From Oligoflexales bacterium (GTDB lineage: Bacteria > Bdellovibrionota_B > Oligoflexia > Oligoflexales > Bog-1112), in the NCBI GenBank assembly GCA_045105515.1, contig JBGCDR010000156.1, forward strand, positions 32,001 through 96,000: a DNA stretch of 64,000 nt, given 5' to 3'. Positions 19,634 through 29,789 of this stretch are shown here, piece after piece (positions within the stretch are counted from its first letter, which is position 1; every line of letters starts with the position of its first letter). The position numbers and the translations under genes were made by a program. A model generated the notes under the pieces. It was not told where the DNA came from. It searched no databases and was given only the letters and a program-made list of their open reading frames with translations.

Positions 19634-20668
19634 TCAAATAAAAACGATTTCTCCTTGCAATGCTCCAGCTGCGTGAATCGCTTGTAAAATCCCTACCAAA
19701 TCTTTTGGTTTGACACCTAATTCATTTAAGGATTTTACTAAGCTTCCAACAGTAACCTTATTAAGATGGAGCAATGAATGATCCACTTCTCCTGCTTCTT
19801 CATCTTCTGGATTCTTAACTTTAATCGAGAGATCTCCATGTGCAATGGTAACTGGCCCCAGAGAAACATCATTTCCTATTACCACTGTTCCAGTTCTTTC
19901 ATTAAGAACTACTACCGCTTTTCGATCTAATGTGACGCTTAAACCTTCAAGCTCAGCAACAAACTCGACGAGGCGCGAGCGAAACTGGGGCGGAACGCGG
20001 ACCTTAATTGAGGCGGGGTCAAGAGATTTTGCATAGAAACCTTTAAAATAAGTATTTATAGCATGAGATACCCGAGCATTTGTAGTGAAATCTGCCTTTT
20101 TAAGGCTTAAGATCAACTTACCACTTGGTGCTATTTTTGGCAGGAACTCTCTTTCAACCAAACCTCCCATTGGTACAGTTGCAACAGTTAAAACTGAAGG
20201 TCCAACCCCATTGGCTTGACCTATTACAACTGGCCCTTGAGCTACCACATAGACTTGCCCATCCCCTGCTTTAAGCCGGGTTAGAAGCAGGGTACCACCA
20301 GCCAAACTAGTAGCATCTCCATTTGCAGATATTCTAATATTGACACGGTCACCACTTCGAGCAAAAGGAGGTAACTCAGCAGTAGCTAGAACTGAAGCAA
20401 AATTTCCTGATGCAAGTTGCTCAGGATTTGACTTAACACCCAACTTGGTAAGCATTTGCGAAACGGTTTCCCGACTGCTTACTGATGCAGCAGAGTCTCC
20501 CGTTCCAGCAAGCCCAAAAACTACACCATAACCAAAGATTTTATTGCTTCTCACTCCCTTGATATTGGTCAAATCTTTAAGCCGTGCGCGCTGCGCAATG
20601 GCCGAGTTAAAATCATTTAGAATACTCACAAACAAAAATATGATGGTAGCTAAGCTACTCCGCTTCAT
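19634..20668 (-). CDS. flgI: Flagellar P-ring protein
   Basis: GYGVVFGLAGTGD, SLAGGTLL, NERTGTVV, ILQAIHAAGAL. Confidence 0.95.
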   Translation of the reverse strand: MKRSSLATIIFLFVSILNDFNSAIAQRARLKDLTNIKGVRSNKIFGYGVVFGLAGTGDSAASVSSRETVSQMLTKLGVKSNPEQLASGNFASVLATAELPPFARSGDRVNIRISANGDATSLAGGTLLLTRLKAGDGQVYVVAQGPVVIGQANGVGPSVLTVATVPMGGLVEREFLPKIAPSGKLILSLKKADFTTNARVSHAINTYFKGFYAKSLDPASIKVRVPPQFRSRLVEFVAELEGLSVTLDRKAVVVLNERTGTVVIGNDVSLGPVTIAHGDLSIKVKNPEDEEAGEVDHSLLHLNKVTVGSLVKSLNELGVKPKDLVGILQAIHAAGALQGEIVFI

Positions 20669-21692
20669 TGTTTTCAGGTTTATCCTCCGGTCTTGTTAAA
20701 GCTTCAATTTCCTGATTTTTCGCACTCAATTCAGTATCTTTTTGTACAAGCTCTTGTTTTTGTTCCTCAAGTTTCTGGTTGACTTCTGCTACCTTTTTAT
20801 CTGCTTGCTTATTTTTTTCAATCCAAGCTTCTCTTTCTTTTGCCATCTGACGACGCTCAGCCCCTAGTGACTTTAAGCGATTTGCTAGTTGCTCTTTTAT
20901 GTCCATTAATTCTCGTCTTTTCATATCCAACTCAGCAGCAAGTTTAGAATCAGCTTCACTAAAACCACTAAGTCTAAGCGTATATTCATCTTCCCATGAG
21001 CTTGACTTTTTATCGATAGCTTCATCCTCACCCAACTCAACAAAATGTACATCAGCAAGTTGTTTTGTTGTTATTTCATTTGTAACTTGTAAGTTTTCGG
21101 CTGGAAGCCGAGCACTTACTTTTATAAATCTGCTATTTTCTTCGCTGGTAGACTTCCGATTAAATGCTAAAAGTAACTCTCCGTTTTTGTAGCGGTGCAT
21201 TACTTTCATCTTAATATTCTTTAAGACACCCTTTGATTTAAGATCAAAGGGCTCTAAACTTGGCATTGACTTTATAAGCTTATCTTCATCCAACTCATTT
21301 TCTTCATTTGAACCGTCTTCACCCTCTTGATTTTCAGGGCTATTATCTTCACCTAAGCTCTTTTGATTGACAATTTTTATATGCACAAAATCCGAGACGT
21401 CAGGTTTATTAAAAGTGACGAATAACTGGTTATTTCTATCATCAAGATTATATAGGCTACCCGAATTATCTTCATCAGAGGGTAAAGAAATTTTAATTTT
21501 TTTCTTACGAACAAAGACCTCAGGAGATTTAGATTTAGAGTTATTTTTTATTGGATCTTTAAATACCTGCCGCCCCTCATGCCTTGAATATAAATTTGGC
21601 ACTCTACTTTCAATCGTTTGCACCCCCGAAAAACAAGAAACCAGCATTAATAGTTGCATACTTATCAAAAATATATTCGACAAAAGACTCAT
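20655..21692 (-). CDS. flgH: Divergent flagellar L-ring protein with C-terminal coiled coil
   Basis: Lipobox LVSC; GSLY...LF...VSDFVHIKI and NGELLL...NEITTKQLAD match FlgH; located between flgA and flgI. Confidence 0.75.
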   Translation of the reverse strand: MSLLSNIFLISMQLLMLVSCFSGVQTIESRVPNLYSRHEGRQVFKDPIKNNSKSKSPEVFVRKKKIKISLPSDEDNSGSLYNLDDRNNQLFVTFNKPDVSDFVHIKIVNQKSLGEDNSPENQEGEDGSNEENELDEDKLIKSMPSLEPFDLKSKGVLKNIKMKVMHRYKNGELLLAFNRKSTSEENSRFIKVSARLPAENLQVTNEITTKQLADVHFVELGEDEAIDKKSSSWEDEYTLRLSGFSEADSKLAAELDMKRRELMDIKEQLANRLKSLGAERRQMAKEREAWIEKNKQADKKVAEVNQKLEEQKQELVQKDTELSAKNQEIEALTRPEDKPENNEAE

Positions 21693-22771
21693 AGGGCTGG
21701 GACCTGCTTAAGTAAATTGTTAGCTACTATTTTAGCTTTGAGATTTTTTTTGGTGGGTTGGTACATTACATCTATAATATCGCCAAGTCGACCATCTTGC
21801 TTTGCTTTTACTTTAGCTGTTACCACATAAGAATCACTGCCAAGCTCCATTAGCACAATCTGGCCTCTATTTATAGCATAAGGCATTTCGATATCAGAAA
21901 ACTTAAGTATTTTTCCCGGAGATACTGGTCTCTTTAAAACAAAACCGTTAATCTCACTAAAATTACCTGGGTAATTGTGAAGGTTCGAATGAATCTTTCG
22001 CCATTCAATCGTTAACGCGTCTTTATTGATAGATCTACCCTTTTGCATTGTTTTCTCGATAACAAGTACTGGTTTCTTAAAAATTAACTTAACTAATACC
22101 AATCTTTTTGTAGGAGCATGGACAGCATCAAAAGGAATCTCCCTAACTTCTAACTTTACATGTTGTCGATATTCCTTTATTAATCGAGAAACAGAGGATT
22201 CTTCTATTAGAGATTTCCAACCGGCAAATTCAAAGTGAAATTCATGAGGTCTTACAATCCATCGTTTTAAGAGAGTTAAAGATTCGACTTTAATTTTTAT
22301 TCCATCTAAAGTCTGACTAAAGTTATTTAATAGGCTGTTAAAAGATTCCTGTACTTCTACAGCTAATATTTCTAGAGCCGAACTACTAATTTCGACATGA
22401 CTACGCTCATCATATTCAAAATCTAAGTTAGGATTTTCTTCAAGTAATTGTTCTTTAATTATTGAAAGTGAAACCTTATTTTTTTTACCTGGGCTGGGTG
22501 ATTTCATCAATGTTAAATTTAAAAAATCTTTGCATTCTTCTGACTCAATAGTACAACTTACAAGATCATCAGCTTCAATCCAGTCGGTATCGACGGATAC
22601 AAATTCCTTGAACTTAAGCTTCATCCGCAAATTTGGAATTTTCTTAAAATCTTTAGGAACTTTATCAGTGAAAGACCAGCTGTAATTTTCACCCAAGGCA
22701 GAGTGAGTAAGGAATAAAGATCCTATCAAAATAAAAATAATGTAAACACGAATTACCAAAAAGTCACGCAA
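21689..22771 (-). CDS. flgA: P-ring formation chaperone
   Basis: C-terminal SAF-like region (INRGQIV...AKQDGRLGDIIDV); synteny. Confidence 0.85.
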   Translation of the reverse strand: MRDFLVIRVYIIFILIGSLFLTHSALGENYSWSFTDKVPKDFKKIPNLRMKLKFKEFVSVDTDWIEADDLVSCTIESEECKDFLNLTLMKSPSPGKKNKVSLSIIKEQLLEENPNLDFEYDERSHVEISSSALEILAVEVQESFNSLLNNFSQTLDGIKIKVESLTLLKRWIVRPHEFHFEFAGWKSLIEESSVSRLIKEYRQHVKLEVREIPFDAVHAPTKRLVLVKLIFKKPVLVIEKTMQKGRSINKDALTIEWRKIHSNLHNYPGNFSEINGFVLKRPVSPGKILKFSDIEMPYAINRGQIVLMELGSDSYVVTAKVKAKQDGRLGDIIDVMYQPTKKNLKAKIVANNLLKQVPAL

Positions 22772-22777
22772 GATTTT

Positions 22778-23557
22778 TTACCTTATATTAGTGGTTGTTT
22801 GAAGCATCTGATCACCCGTTTGAATCACTTTTGAGTTTATTTCATATGCTCTTTGGCCAGTTATCATATTGACCATTTCTTCCACTATATTGACATTCGA
22901 GCTTTCGAGCTGTTGATGCCCCAGCCTACCCATACCATTTTGATTAGGAACACCAACAACAGCCTCTCCACTTGAACGCGAGGGGGAATTGTAATTACCT
23001 CCCAAAGAGACTAAACCGGTAGGATTAATAAAATCTGCCAACAAAATTTGACCTATTTCCTGTGTTTCTCCAGCAATTTTAACAGTAACAGTACCATCAT
23101 AACCAACATGAAAATCTTGGGAACCTTGCGGAATAATTATTTCTGGAATCAATGGATAACCATCCGCTGTTACAACTCTCCCTCCATTGTCCTTACTAAA
23201 GTGACCATCTCGAGTAAATGCAATCTCACCATCATCCTTTTGAATACGGAAGAATCCATCGCCTTCAATCATCAGATCTAGTTCATTACCAGTTACTTGG
23301 ATAGCTCCCTCGGAAAACATTTTGTCGACCGATGAAAGTTTAGTACCGGTACCAATCTGAATACCACTTGGCACAACTGTTCCCGTAGTAGCACTTTGCC
23401 CAGGGGCTCTTAATGTTTGATATAAAAGATCGTGAAAATTTGCCCTAGAACGCTTAAATGCAGTAGTGTTTACATTTGCAAGGTTATTAGCGATAGTATC
23501 AATATTTAATTGCTGAGCTTCCATGCCTGTTGCAGCTGTCAATAACGATCTAATCAT
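22778..23557 (-). CDS. flgG: Distal rod protein
   Basis: AATGMEAQQ...ANNLANVNT, DLLYQ, LESSNVNIVEEMVNMITGQRAYE. Confidence 0.97.
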   Translation of the reverse strand: MIRSLLTAATGMEAQQLNIDTIANNLANVNTTAFKRSRANFHDLLYQTLRAPGQSATTGTVVPSGIQIGTGTKLSSVDKMFSEGAIQVTGNELDLMIEGDGFFRIQKDDGEIAFTRDGHFSKDNGGRVVTADGYPLIPEIIIPQGSQDFHVGYDGTVTVKIAGETQEIGQILLADFINPTGLVSLGGNYNSPSRSSGEAVVGVPNQNGMGRLGHQQLESSNVNIVEEMVNMITGQRAYEINSKVIQTGDQMLQTTTNIR

Positions 23558-23619
23558 AATCTACTCCTCTTTGTTGGTTCCTATGTGACCCACACAGCTG
23601 CAGGTATTTAATATGTTCA

Positions 23620-24408
23620 TTAGCCTTGAACTTCACCTAAAGTATTATTGGATTTTTCCATCATACTATCATAGTTTTTGATAGCTTGTTGATAAGCCTC
23701 ATAAGATCGATGAGCAAGGATCATATCAGTAAGGTTTTTAATTGCATTTACGTTTGAAGATTCTAGAAAACCTTGTTTAATGCCTGGATATTCCACGGTT
23801 GTAACTTCCTCCTCTAAGCCATTGTAGAGAAAATGGTTCATTCCCACTTTTTCTAAATTTGTTGGGTTCTTGAATTCATTTATTAAAAGGGTATCTACCA
23901 ACTCTCCATCTTGGTAGACTTCACCTAAATGATTAATTTCTACATTTTGACCGTGAAGAAAAATATTACCTTTCTCCCCAAGGACAGGAAAACCATTTTT
24001 ATCAACTAATGCACCATCTTTACTAAGACCAAAAGCACCGTTGCGGGTATAGCGAACCCCTTCTTTTGTGTGGACAGAGAAAAAACCTTTTCCCTCGATC
24101 ATAATATCAAATGGGTTTTTAGTGGCCTGAGGAGACCCTTGGGTCATATCTCTGCTAACACCTGAGACACCAACATATGCTACTTCATTCCCTCGAAAAG
24201 GCATTAATTCCTCAAAGGGAATTTTATAGTTAGCAGGGGGCAATGGATCTTTATAATTCTTATAAGGTTCAGATTCTAGGAGCTTAAATGAGACCTTTTC
24301 ACCTTTAAACCCTGTTGTACTCACATTTGCTAAATTATTTGCGATAATCTCCAAAACCCTCTCTGAAGCTATGGCTCCTGATAAGGGTGTATAGATACTT
24401 TTAAGCAT
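23620..24408 (-). CDS. flgF: Proximal rod protein
   Basis: ANNLANVSTTGFK, YTRNG, QGFLESSNVN; lies upstream of flgG. Confidence 0.88.
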   Translation of the reverse strand: MLKSIYTPLSGAIASERVLEIIANNLANVSTTGFKGEKVSFKLLESEPYKNYKDPLPPANYKIPFEELMPFRGNEVAYVGVSGVSRDMTQGSPQATKNPFDIMIEGKGFFSVHTKEGVRYTRNGAFGLSKDGALVDKNGFPVLGEKGNIFLHGQNVEINHLGEVYQDGELVDTLLINEFKNPTNLEKVGMNHFLYNGLEEEVTTVEYPGIKQGFLESSNVNAIKNLTDMILAHRSYEAYQQAIKNYDSMMEKSNNTLGEVQG

Positions 24409-24465
24409 AGTCCTCTCTCCTGCCTATGAAGATTCCTAGAAGAGTTATCTTGCACTTAACTATAG

Positions 24466-24482
24466 AGCAAGTTTAATGCCAA
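24466..24482 (-). promoter_or_regulatory. sigma54 (-24/-12) promoter of the flgF operon
   Basis: TTGGCATTAAACTTGCT: GG-N10-GC matching the TGGCA-N6-TTGC consensus, about 60 nt upstream of flgF. Confidence 0.8.
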
Positions 24483-24624
24483 CTCTTATTTCCGGAGTTT
24501 ACTCAGCTTAATCGGATGAAATTTCGCCATATATCAAATTGCCGGTAAATTGAAATAGGATCTTACTAGGAAGTTTGTTTCTTATGTCAAATATTATTGA
24601 TGCCAAATATATGACAAGTTTTTA

Positions 24625-25557
24625 TTAGGTATTCTGGAGTAATTGCAAAGCTACTTGTGGAAGCTGATTGGCCTGGGTTAAAACCGAGGCACCTGCTTGA
24701 TTTAAAATATTCCACTGGGTATATTCTGCAGTTTCATTGGCAAAGTCAGCGTCAATTATTCGCGATCTACCAGCTGATAGATTTTCGATACGAATTCCGA
24801 GATTCCTATCTGTAGCCTCTAACCTATTTTGCAGAGAGCCTAAGGTCGCTCGATAGCTCGATAGCTTATTCACAGCCTCATCCAATATCCTTATAGAATT
24901 CTGGGCAGCAACTTTTGAATCAACGCGCGTCCCCTCTTCATTTGCAGGCGATCCGATTCCCAAAGAGTTCTCTCCGTCTGTCATAGAATTCAGACTTTCA
25001 AAATTGAGACGGATTATATTTACAGGATTATCCAAATCCAAAGAGTCTGTTAATTCATGATAGTCTTTACCGACTTGAATTTCATATGGAGGAAATTGAT
25101 GCTTTTCAAGGATAGGTTCCGGCAAGTTTTCAGATTTACCAGTAAGCAACCTTGTTCCATTAAATTCTGTAGATAGGCTAATTCGATCAATTTCATCTTT
25201 TAATTGCATAAACTCTAGGTTTAAATACCCTCTTTCTCTAGAGCCGATATTATCAGACGCTCCCTGAATCGCTAATTCTTTGAGCCTAATCACTATACTT
25301 CCTATTTCATTCAAACTACCTTCAGCAACTTGAATCAGAGAAACACCGTCAACTGTATTTCGTCTAGCTTGAGCAAGTGACCTAACATCAGATCTTATCG
25401 ATTCAGAGATAGCAAGACCAGCTGCATCGTCTGCAGATTTGTTGATTCTATGACCAGAAGAGAGCCTTTCCATATGCTTTTTGACTCGTGATCCAGACTC
25501 TCCAAAATGGCGCTGTGCGACGAGCGACATGACATTAGTTCTAATCCTTAATGACAT
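24625..25557 (-). CDS. fliC: Flagellin
   Basis: RLSSGHRINKSADDAAGLAIS, RATLGSLQNRL, SRIIDADFA, QANQLPQ. Confidence 0.95.
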   Translation of the reverse strand: MSLRIRTNVMSLVAQRHFGESGSRVKKHMERLSSGHRINKSADDAAGLAISESIRSDVRSLAQARRNTVDGVSLIQVAEGSLNEIGSIVIRLKELAIQGASDNIGSRERGYLNLEFMQLKDEIDRISLSTEFNGTRLLTGKSENLPEPILEKHQFPPYEIQVGKDYHELTDSLDLDNPVNIIRLNFESLNSMTDGENSLGIGSPANEEGTRVDSKVAAQNSIRILDEAVNKLSSYRATLGSLQNRLEATDRNLGIRIENLSAGRSRIIDADFANETAEYTQWNILNQAGASVLTQANQLPQVALQLLQNT

Positions 25558-25599
25558 AGAAACCTCTTCACTAGCATTGCTAACAGGAATTTGAAAATT

Positions 25600-26238
25600 T
25601 CATGGATTTTTGACGCTATACCTCAAGAATACATGATTTTTTGACACCTGGGAAGACTCTAGCTTAAGGTCGATATTTGCAGATAAATTTGGATTAACAA
25701 AGGAACTAGCATGTTTTTTGCCCACAATCATGGGAGCAAGAGTCAGCTGAAGCCCATCTACAAGACCTTCTCGATAGAACATCTCATTTATATGACCTCC
25801 TCCAAACAAAACAACCTTTTTAAAGCCTCTACCTTCAAGATTTCTATATAAAAAAGAAGCTGGTTTCTTGTCTCCGTAGGCAATATTTTCTACATTTTTA
25901 TTCCAATGATCTTCTCTTTCAAGCAATTTAGGAGAAACTAATATTCGCTGTACTAAATTTTGGTTCCAGAAATCCAGATCAGGGTCGAAGCCTCTTCTTG
26001 TGAAGATAAACCAGGGTGGGAAAATATCCTTGCAGTTTTTGATAGTCCAAATTCGTTTACTTGCTCTCAAAGTATCAGCACCAATCACCACAGCGTCAGC
26101 TTGTTGAAGCTCTAGTTCCACCAATTCATGGTCAGTCTCATTTATAAAACCACTTGTCATGCGCTCATGGTCAGATTCGCCACCGTGGGAAGATATCTTC
26201 CCATCAAGACTAACTGCCATTATATTTAGAAGGTACAT
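25600..26238 (-). CDS. RibD C-terminal/dihydrofolate reductase-fold protein
   Basis: MAVSLDGKI, ADAVVIGADT, FGGG, VD...LAPMIVG. Confidence 0.85.
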   Translation of the reverse strand: MYLLNIMAVSLDGKISSHGGESDHERMTSGFINETDHELVELELQQADAVVIGADTLRASKRIWTIKNCKDIFPPWFIFTRRGFDPDLDFWNQNLVQRILVSPKLLEREDHWNKNVENIAYGDKKPASFLYRNLEGRGFKKVVLFGGGHINEMFYREGLVDGLQLTLAPMIVGKKHASSFVNPNLSANIDLKLESSQVSKNHVFLRYSVKNP

Positions 26239-26306
26239 AAGAATCGCCCCTTAAATGGCCTATAATAAGCATGGGGACGAAGATTTGGGTAGGAAATTTT
26301 GCTAAT

Positions 26307-26792
26307 TCAGATTGTAGGGAAACATTTACTTAACTCAACTTCGATCTCAGAAGCAGCCACATTTTTTGCGGCACTAATCTCAGATACAACTAATTTTTTT
26401 GATTTTTCAAGGATTTGTTTTTCTCCATAAGACAGATCCTTTGTCTTCTCGAGGGTTTTCAAATCCCGATAAACTTCAGCTACTTCACAGGCTGAGCCTG
26501 TGCGTAACTTTTCATTAAACTCTCGAAACCTCTTATTCCAGGCTCTTTGAGCTATTCTTGCTGGTTTCCTCATGACATTCATAATGTTTTCAATTTCACC
26601 AGGTGTGCTTAAATTTCGAATACCCGCCCGCTTTGTAGCAGAAACCGGTACCATTACAGTTGCACCTGAAGCCATAATATCCATGACATAGCACTGAACT
26701 TGGTGGCCTCCAACATTTCTTGCTTCAATTCCTCTAACTTCTGCGATCCCGTGAGAAGGGTAAACGGCTTTATCACCAGTCTTGAAATTCAT
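26307..26792 (-). CDS. carD: CarD/CdnL family RNA polymerase-binding regulator
   Basis: FKTGDKAVYPSHG...WNKRFR...AEVYRDL...LSYGEK. Confidence 0.92.
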   Translation of the reverse strand: MNFKTGDKAVYPSHGIAEVRGIEARNVGGHQVQCYVMDIMASGATVMVPVSATKRAGIRNLSTPGEIENIMNVMRKPARIAQRAWNKRFREFNEKLRTGSACEVAEVYRDLKTLEKTKDLSYGEKQILEKSKKLVVSEISAAKNVAASEIEVELSKCFPTI

Positions 26793-26959
26793 TGGATTCC
26801 TCTTTTCTTATATAATATTGGTAGCTTGGTAAAAATTGAGTAAGTCAACCATTCTAAAGCCAAGAAGAGGATCTAAAGGGAGTGCCAACAACTACTGCGT
26901 CTTTAACGTCGAATATAACAGCTTAAAATTCTTATTAGTATGCTTTAAAATGCCGTATA

Positions 26960-26988
26960 AATATAAAAAAAAATTAGGAAAATGTCAA
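26960..26988 (-). promoter_or_regulatory. sigma70 promoter for carD
   Basis: TTGACA-N17-TATATT. Confidence 0.7.
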
Positions 26989-27212
26989 GTAAAATGATTA
27001 ATTCTTAATCACCCCACCTTGGCTAGAGTAACAAATAGCTCCTTCAGTTCCATGATTTAACTTGAGGTATTGCACAAATTAGTATAGGTTTCAGTGTTAC
27101 ACTACTCGCTGTCAAGCTTCGCAAACAATTCCTTTTTGTGAATCGAGTAAAGAAATATATTAGTTTGAGGGGGTTAGCTTGATGCTCCGTCAATCAAAAT
27201 TTGGAGTTACGA

Positions 27213-27482
27213 ATGTCTCTCAGCAAAGAGCGAAAAACAGAAATCATCAAAAAATTTCAATTGAATGAAAAGGACACTGCCTCTCCTCAAGTGCAAATCG
27301 CACTATTGACCTCGCGATTAAATTACCTAAATGATCACTTCAAAAAGAACAAGAAGGATCATCATTCCCGTAGAGGATTGATGAAAATCGTAGGCCAGCG
27401 AAGAAGGCTCCTTGACTACCTTCATACTAATGATGCTCCCAGCTATAAGAAGCTTATTGTTGAACTTGGTATTCGTAAGTAA
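27213..27482 (+). CDS. rpsO: 30S ribosomal protein S15
   Basis: [13 protein letters not shown]...KDHHSRRGL; start MSLSK. Confidence 0.98.
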   Translation: MSLSKERKTEIIKKFQLNEKDTASPQVQIALLTSRLNYLNDHFKKNKKDHHSRRGLMKIVGQRRRLLDYLHTNDAPSYKKLIVELGIRK

Positions 27483-27616
27483 GCACATACCTCACATGGC
27501 AGCGCTGCATCACAGAGCTGCTATATCCACTAACCCTGGTCAAATGACTCTTTTTATTCTTAAATATATAATCAATCTACCAGCGGTTATCATCATTCCC
27601 TTTAAAGGATTTAATT

Positions 27617-29707
27617 ATGTCCACAATCCGTGAAGTAACGATAAACAACCGGATCATAAAATTTGAGTTTGATAAGTTTGCTAAACAAGCTAATGGCACT
27701 GTTATGGTTTCCTCAGGAGGAACCCAGGTACTGGTAACTGTCTGTGCTGCAAAAGAAGCAAATCCTAACACTGACTTTTTCCCTCTAGGCGTAGACTATA
27801 TCGAAAAATCTTATGCTGTTGGAAAGATCCCTCCTGGATTTGTTAAACGTGAAGGAAAACCTGGCGATCTAGCGACCCTTACAGCTCGTGTGCTTGATCG
27901 TCCCCTTCGCCCATGTTTCCCCAAAGATTTTCGCAACGAAACTGTCATTACAGCCACAGTCCTTTCCTATGAGTTTGGTTACAGCCCCAGCACCTTGGCC
28001 CTTATGGGAGCTAGCACAGCTTTAATGATCAGCGATATTCCTTTCGATGGTCCAGTAGCAGGATTGCGGCTTGGATTAAAGGATGGTCAATATCTGATCG
28101 ACCCGCCTGAAGGAGCAGAAGGTGATCTTGATCTAAATATAGCTTGTAAGCCAGACGCAGTTCTTATGGTCGAAGCTGGAGCAAATTTTCTTAGTGAACA
28201 AGAAATGCTCGATGCTATCGAGCATGCTCACGATGCTATGAAGCCTCTATTTGACATGCAGTTAGAAGTACAAAAAGAGATTGGCAAGCCAAAATGGGAA
28301 CTTGCACCAAAGGCTGAAAATTCAGAACTACTTGCACAAGTTAAAGAGGTGGCTCAACCCCTTTTAAGAGAGTTTTTTGCAATTAGCAACAAACAAACTC
28401 GAAATGAAGCTTTATCTAAAGGTAAAGCTGATGTAGTTGAACGACTAAATCCTGAAAATGACCCCTCGCTAGCAACAGAGATCAAAGAGCTATGGTCTAA
28501 GCTTAAATCAGAACATATGCGCTCCATGATTTTGAAAGACAAAGTTCGCATAGACCAGAGAGGCCTAAAGGATATTCGCACAATCAGCTGTGAAACTAAC
28601 ATACTTCAAAGCGCCCATGGGTCATCCTTATTTACCAGAGGAGAAACACAAGCCCTCGCAAGTGTAACCTTGGCTGCCGATGAAGACCAACAACGCATAG
28701 AAACCCTGTGGGACTCAGACCATAGACAGCGATTTATGCTTCACTACAACTTCCCTCCCTTTTGTGTAGGAGAAGCTCGTATGCAGCGTTCACCCGGTCG
28801 TAGGGAAATTGGGCATGGTACGCTAGCACGCAAAGCATTAATCCCTGTGATTCCTGAGGTAAGTAAGTTTGGCTACACCATCCGAATAGTCTCTGAAACC
28901 TTAGAGTCAAATGGTAGCTCATCTATGGCAGCTGTTTGCTCTGGAACAATGGCTTTGATGCAAGCAGGGGTACCAATTAAGGAACCTGTTGCAGGAATTG
29001 CTATGGGCCTCGTTAAGGAAGAAGAAGAGTATTCAATCCTTTCAGACATCCTTGGGGATGAGGACCATCTTGGTGATATGGACTTCAAAGTCTGTGGTAC
29101 TGCAGACAAAATTACAGCACTACAGATGGATATTAAAATTGGTGGTATCACCAAAGACATTATGCGTGAAGCTCTTGAGCAAGCCAAGGAAGGCAGACTT
29201 CATATTCTAGGAAAGATGAATGCCACCATCTCACAGCCCGAAGAAGAAGTAGCTCCTCACGCACCTCGGATTTTTAAGCTCAAGATCAAGCAAGATAAAA
29301 TTCGTGATCTAATTGGTCCTGGTGGAAAAAGTATCAAGAAAATTACTTCCGAAACCGGTGTAAAAATGGATATCGAAGAAGAAGGCCTCATTAGCATAGT
29401 GGCGCCCAACGCCACAGCAGCTCAAGCTGCTAAGTCAATGATTCGCGCTTTCACCAGCAACCCTCAGGTTGGTGATGTTTTCCTTGGCAAAGCAGTTAGA
29501 CTAACCGACTTCGGTGTATTCATAGAAATTAAACCTGGACTTGACGGACTCTGCCACATCACCCAACTTTCAGATCAAAAAGTAAAGAATACTGAAGAGG
29601 TCCTAAAGCTTGGTGATGAAGTTCTAGTCAAAGTTATTGATATTGATCGCCAGGGTCGAATAAAGTTAAGCCGTAAAGAAGCTTTCGGGCAAAAACCAAG
29701 CACCTAA
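27617..29707 (+). CDS. pnp: Polynucleotide phosphorylase
   Basis: RRREIGHG-like RREIGHG, ESNGSSSMA, DHLGDMDFKV, KH and S1 domains. Confidence 0.98.
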   Translation: MSTIREVTINNRIIKFEFDKFAKQANGTVMVSSGGTQVLVTVCAAKEANPNTDFFPLGVDYIEKSYAVGKIPPGFVKREGKPGDLATLTARVLDRPLRPCFPKDFRNETVITATVLSYEFGYSPSTLALMGASTALMISDIPFDGPVAGLRLGLKDGQYLIDPPEGAEGDLDLNIACKPDAVLMVEAGANFLSEQEMLDAIEHAHDAMKPLFDMQLEVQKEIGKPKWELAPKAENSELLAQVKEVAQPLLREFFAISNKQTRNEALSKGKADVVERLNPENDPSLATEIKELWSKLKSEHMRSMILKDKVRIDQRGLKDIRTISCETNILQSAHGSSLFTRGETQALASVTLAADEDQQRIETLWDSDHRQRFMLHYNFPPFCVGEARMQRSPGRREIGHGTLARKALIPVIPEVSKFGYTIRIVSETLESNGSSSMAAVCSGTMALMQAGVPIKEPVAGIAMGLVKEEEEYSILSDILGDEDHLGDMDFKVCGTADKITALQMDIKIGGITKDIMREALEQAKEGRLHILGKMNATISQPEEEVAPHAPRIFKLKIKQDKIRDLIGPGGKSIKKITSETGVKMDIEEEGLISIVAPNATAAQAAKSMIRAFTSNPQVGDVFLGKAVRLTDFGVFIEIKPGLDGLCHITQLSDQKVKNTEEVLKLGDEVLVKVIDIDRQGRIKLSRKEAFGQKPST

Positions 29708-29730
29708 CTTTTGATTTTTCACTTGTAAAA

Positions 29731-29750
29731 ACACTAGCAGCAGCTAGTGT
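29731..29750 (+). terminator. Hairpin downstream of pnp
   Basis: ACACTAGC-AGCA-GCTAGTGT, a perfect 8-bp stem; T-run lies about 10 nt downstream. Confidence 0.45.
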
Positions 29751-29789
29751 CATAGCTTGGTTTTTTTGCCAGAATTCTAGAAGGAAACT

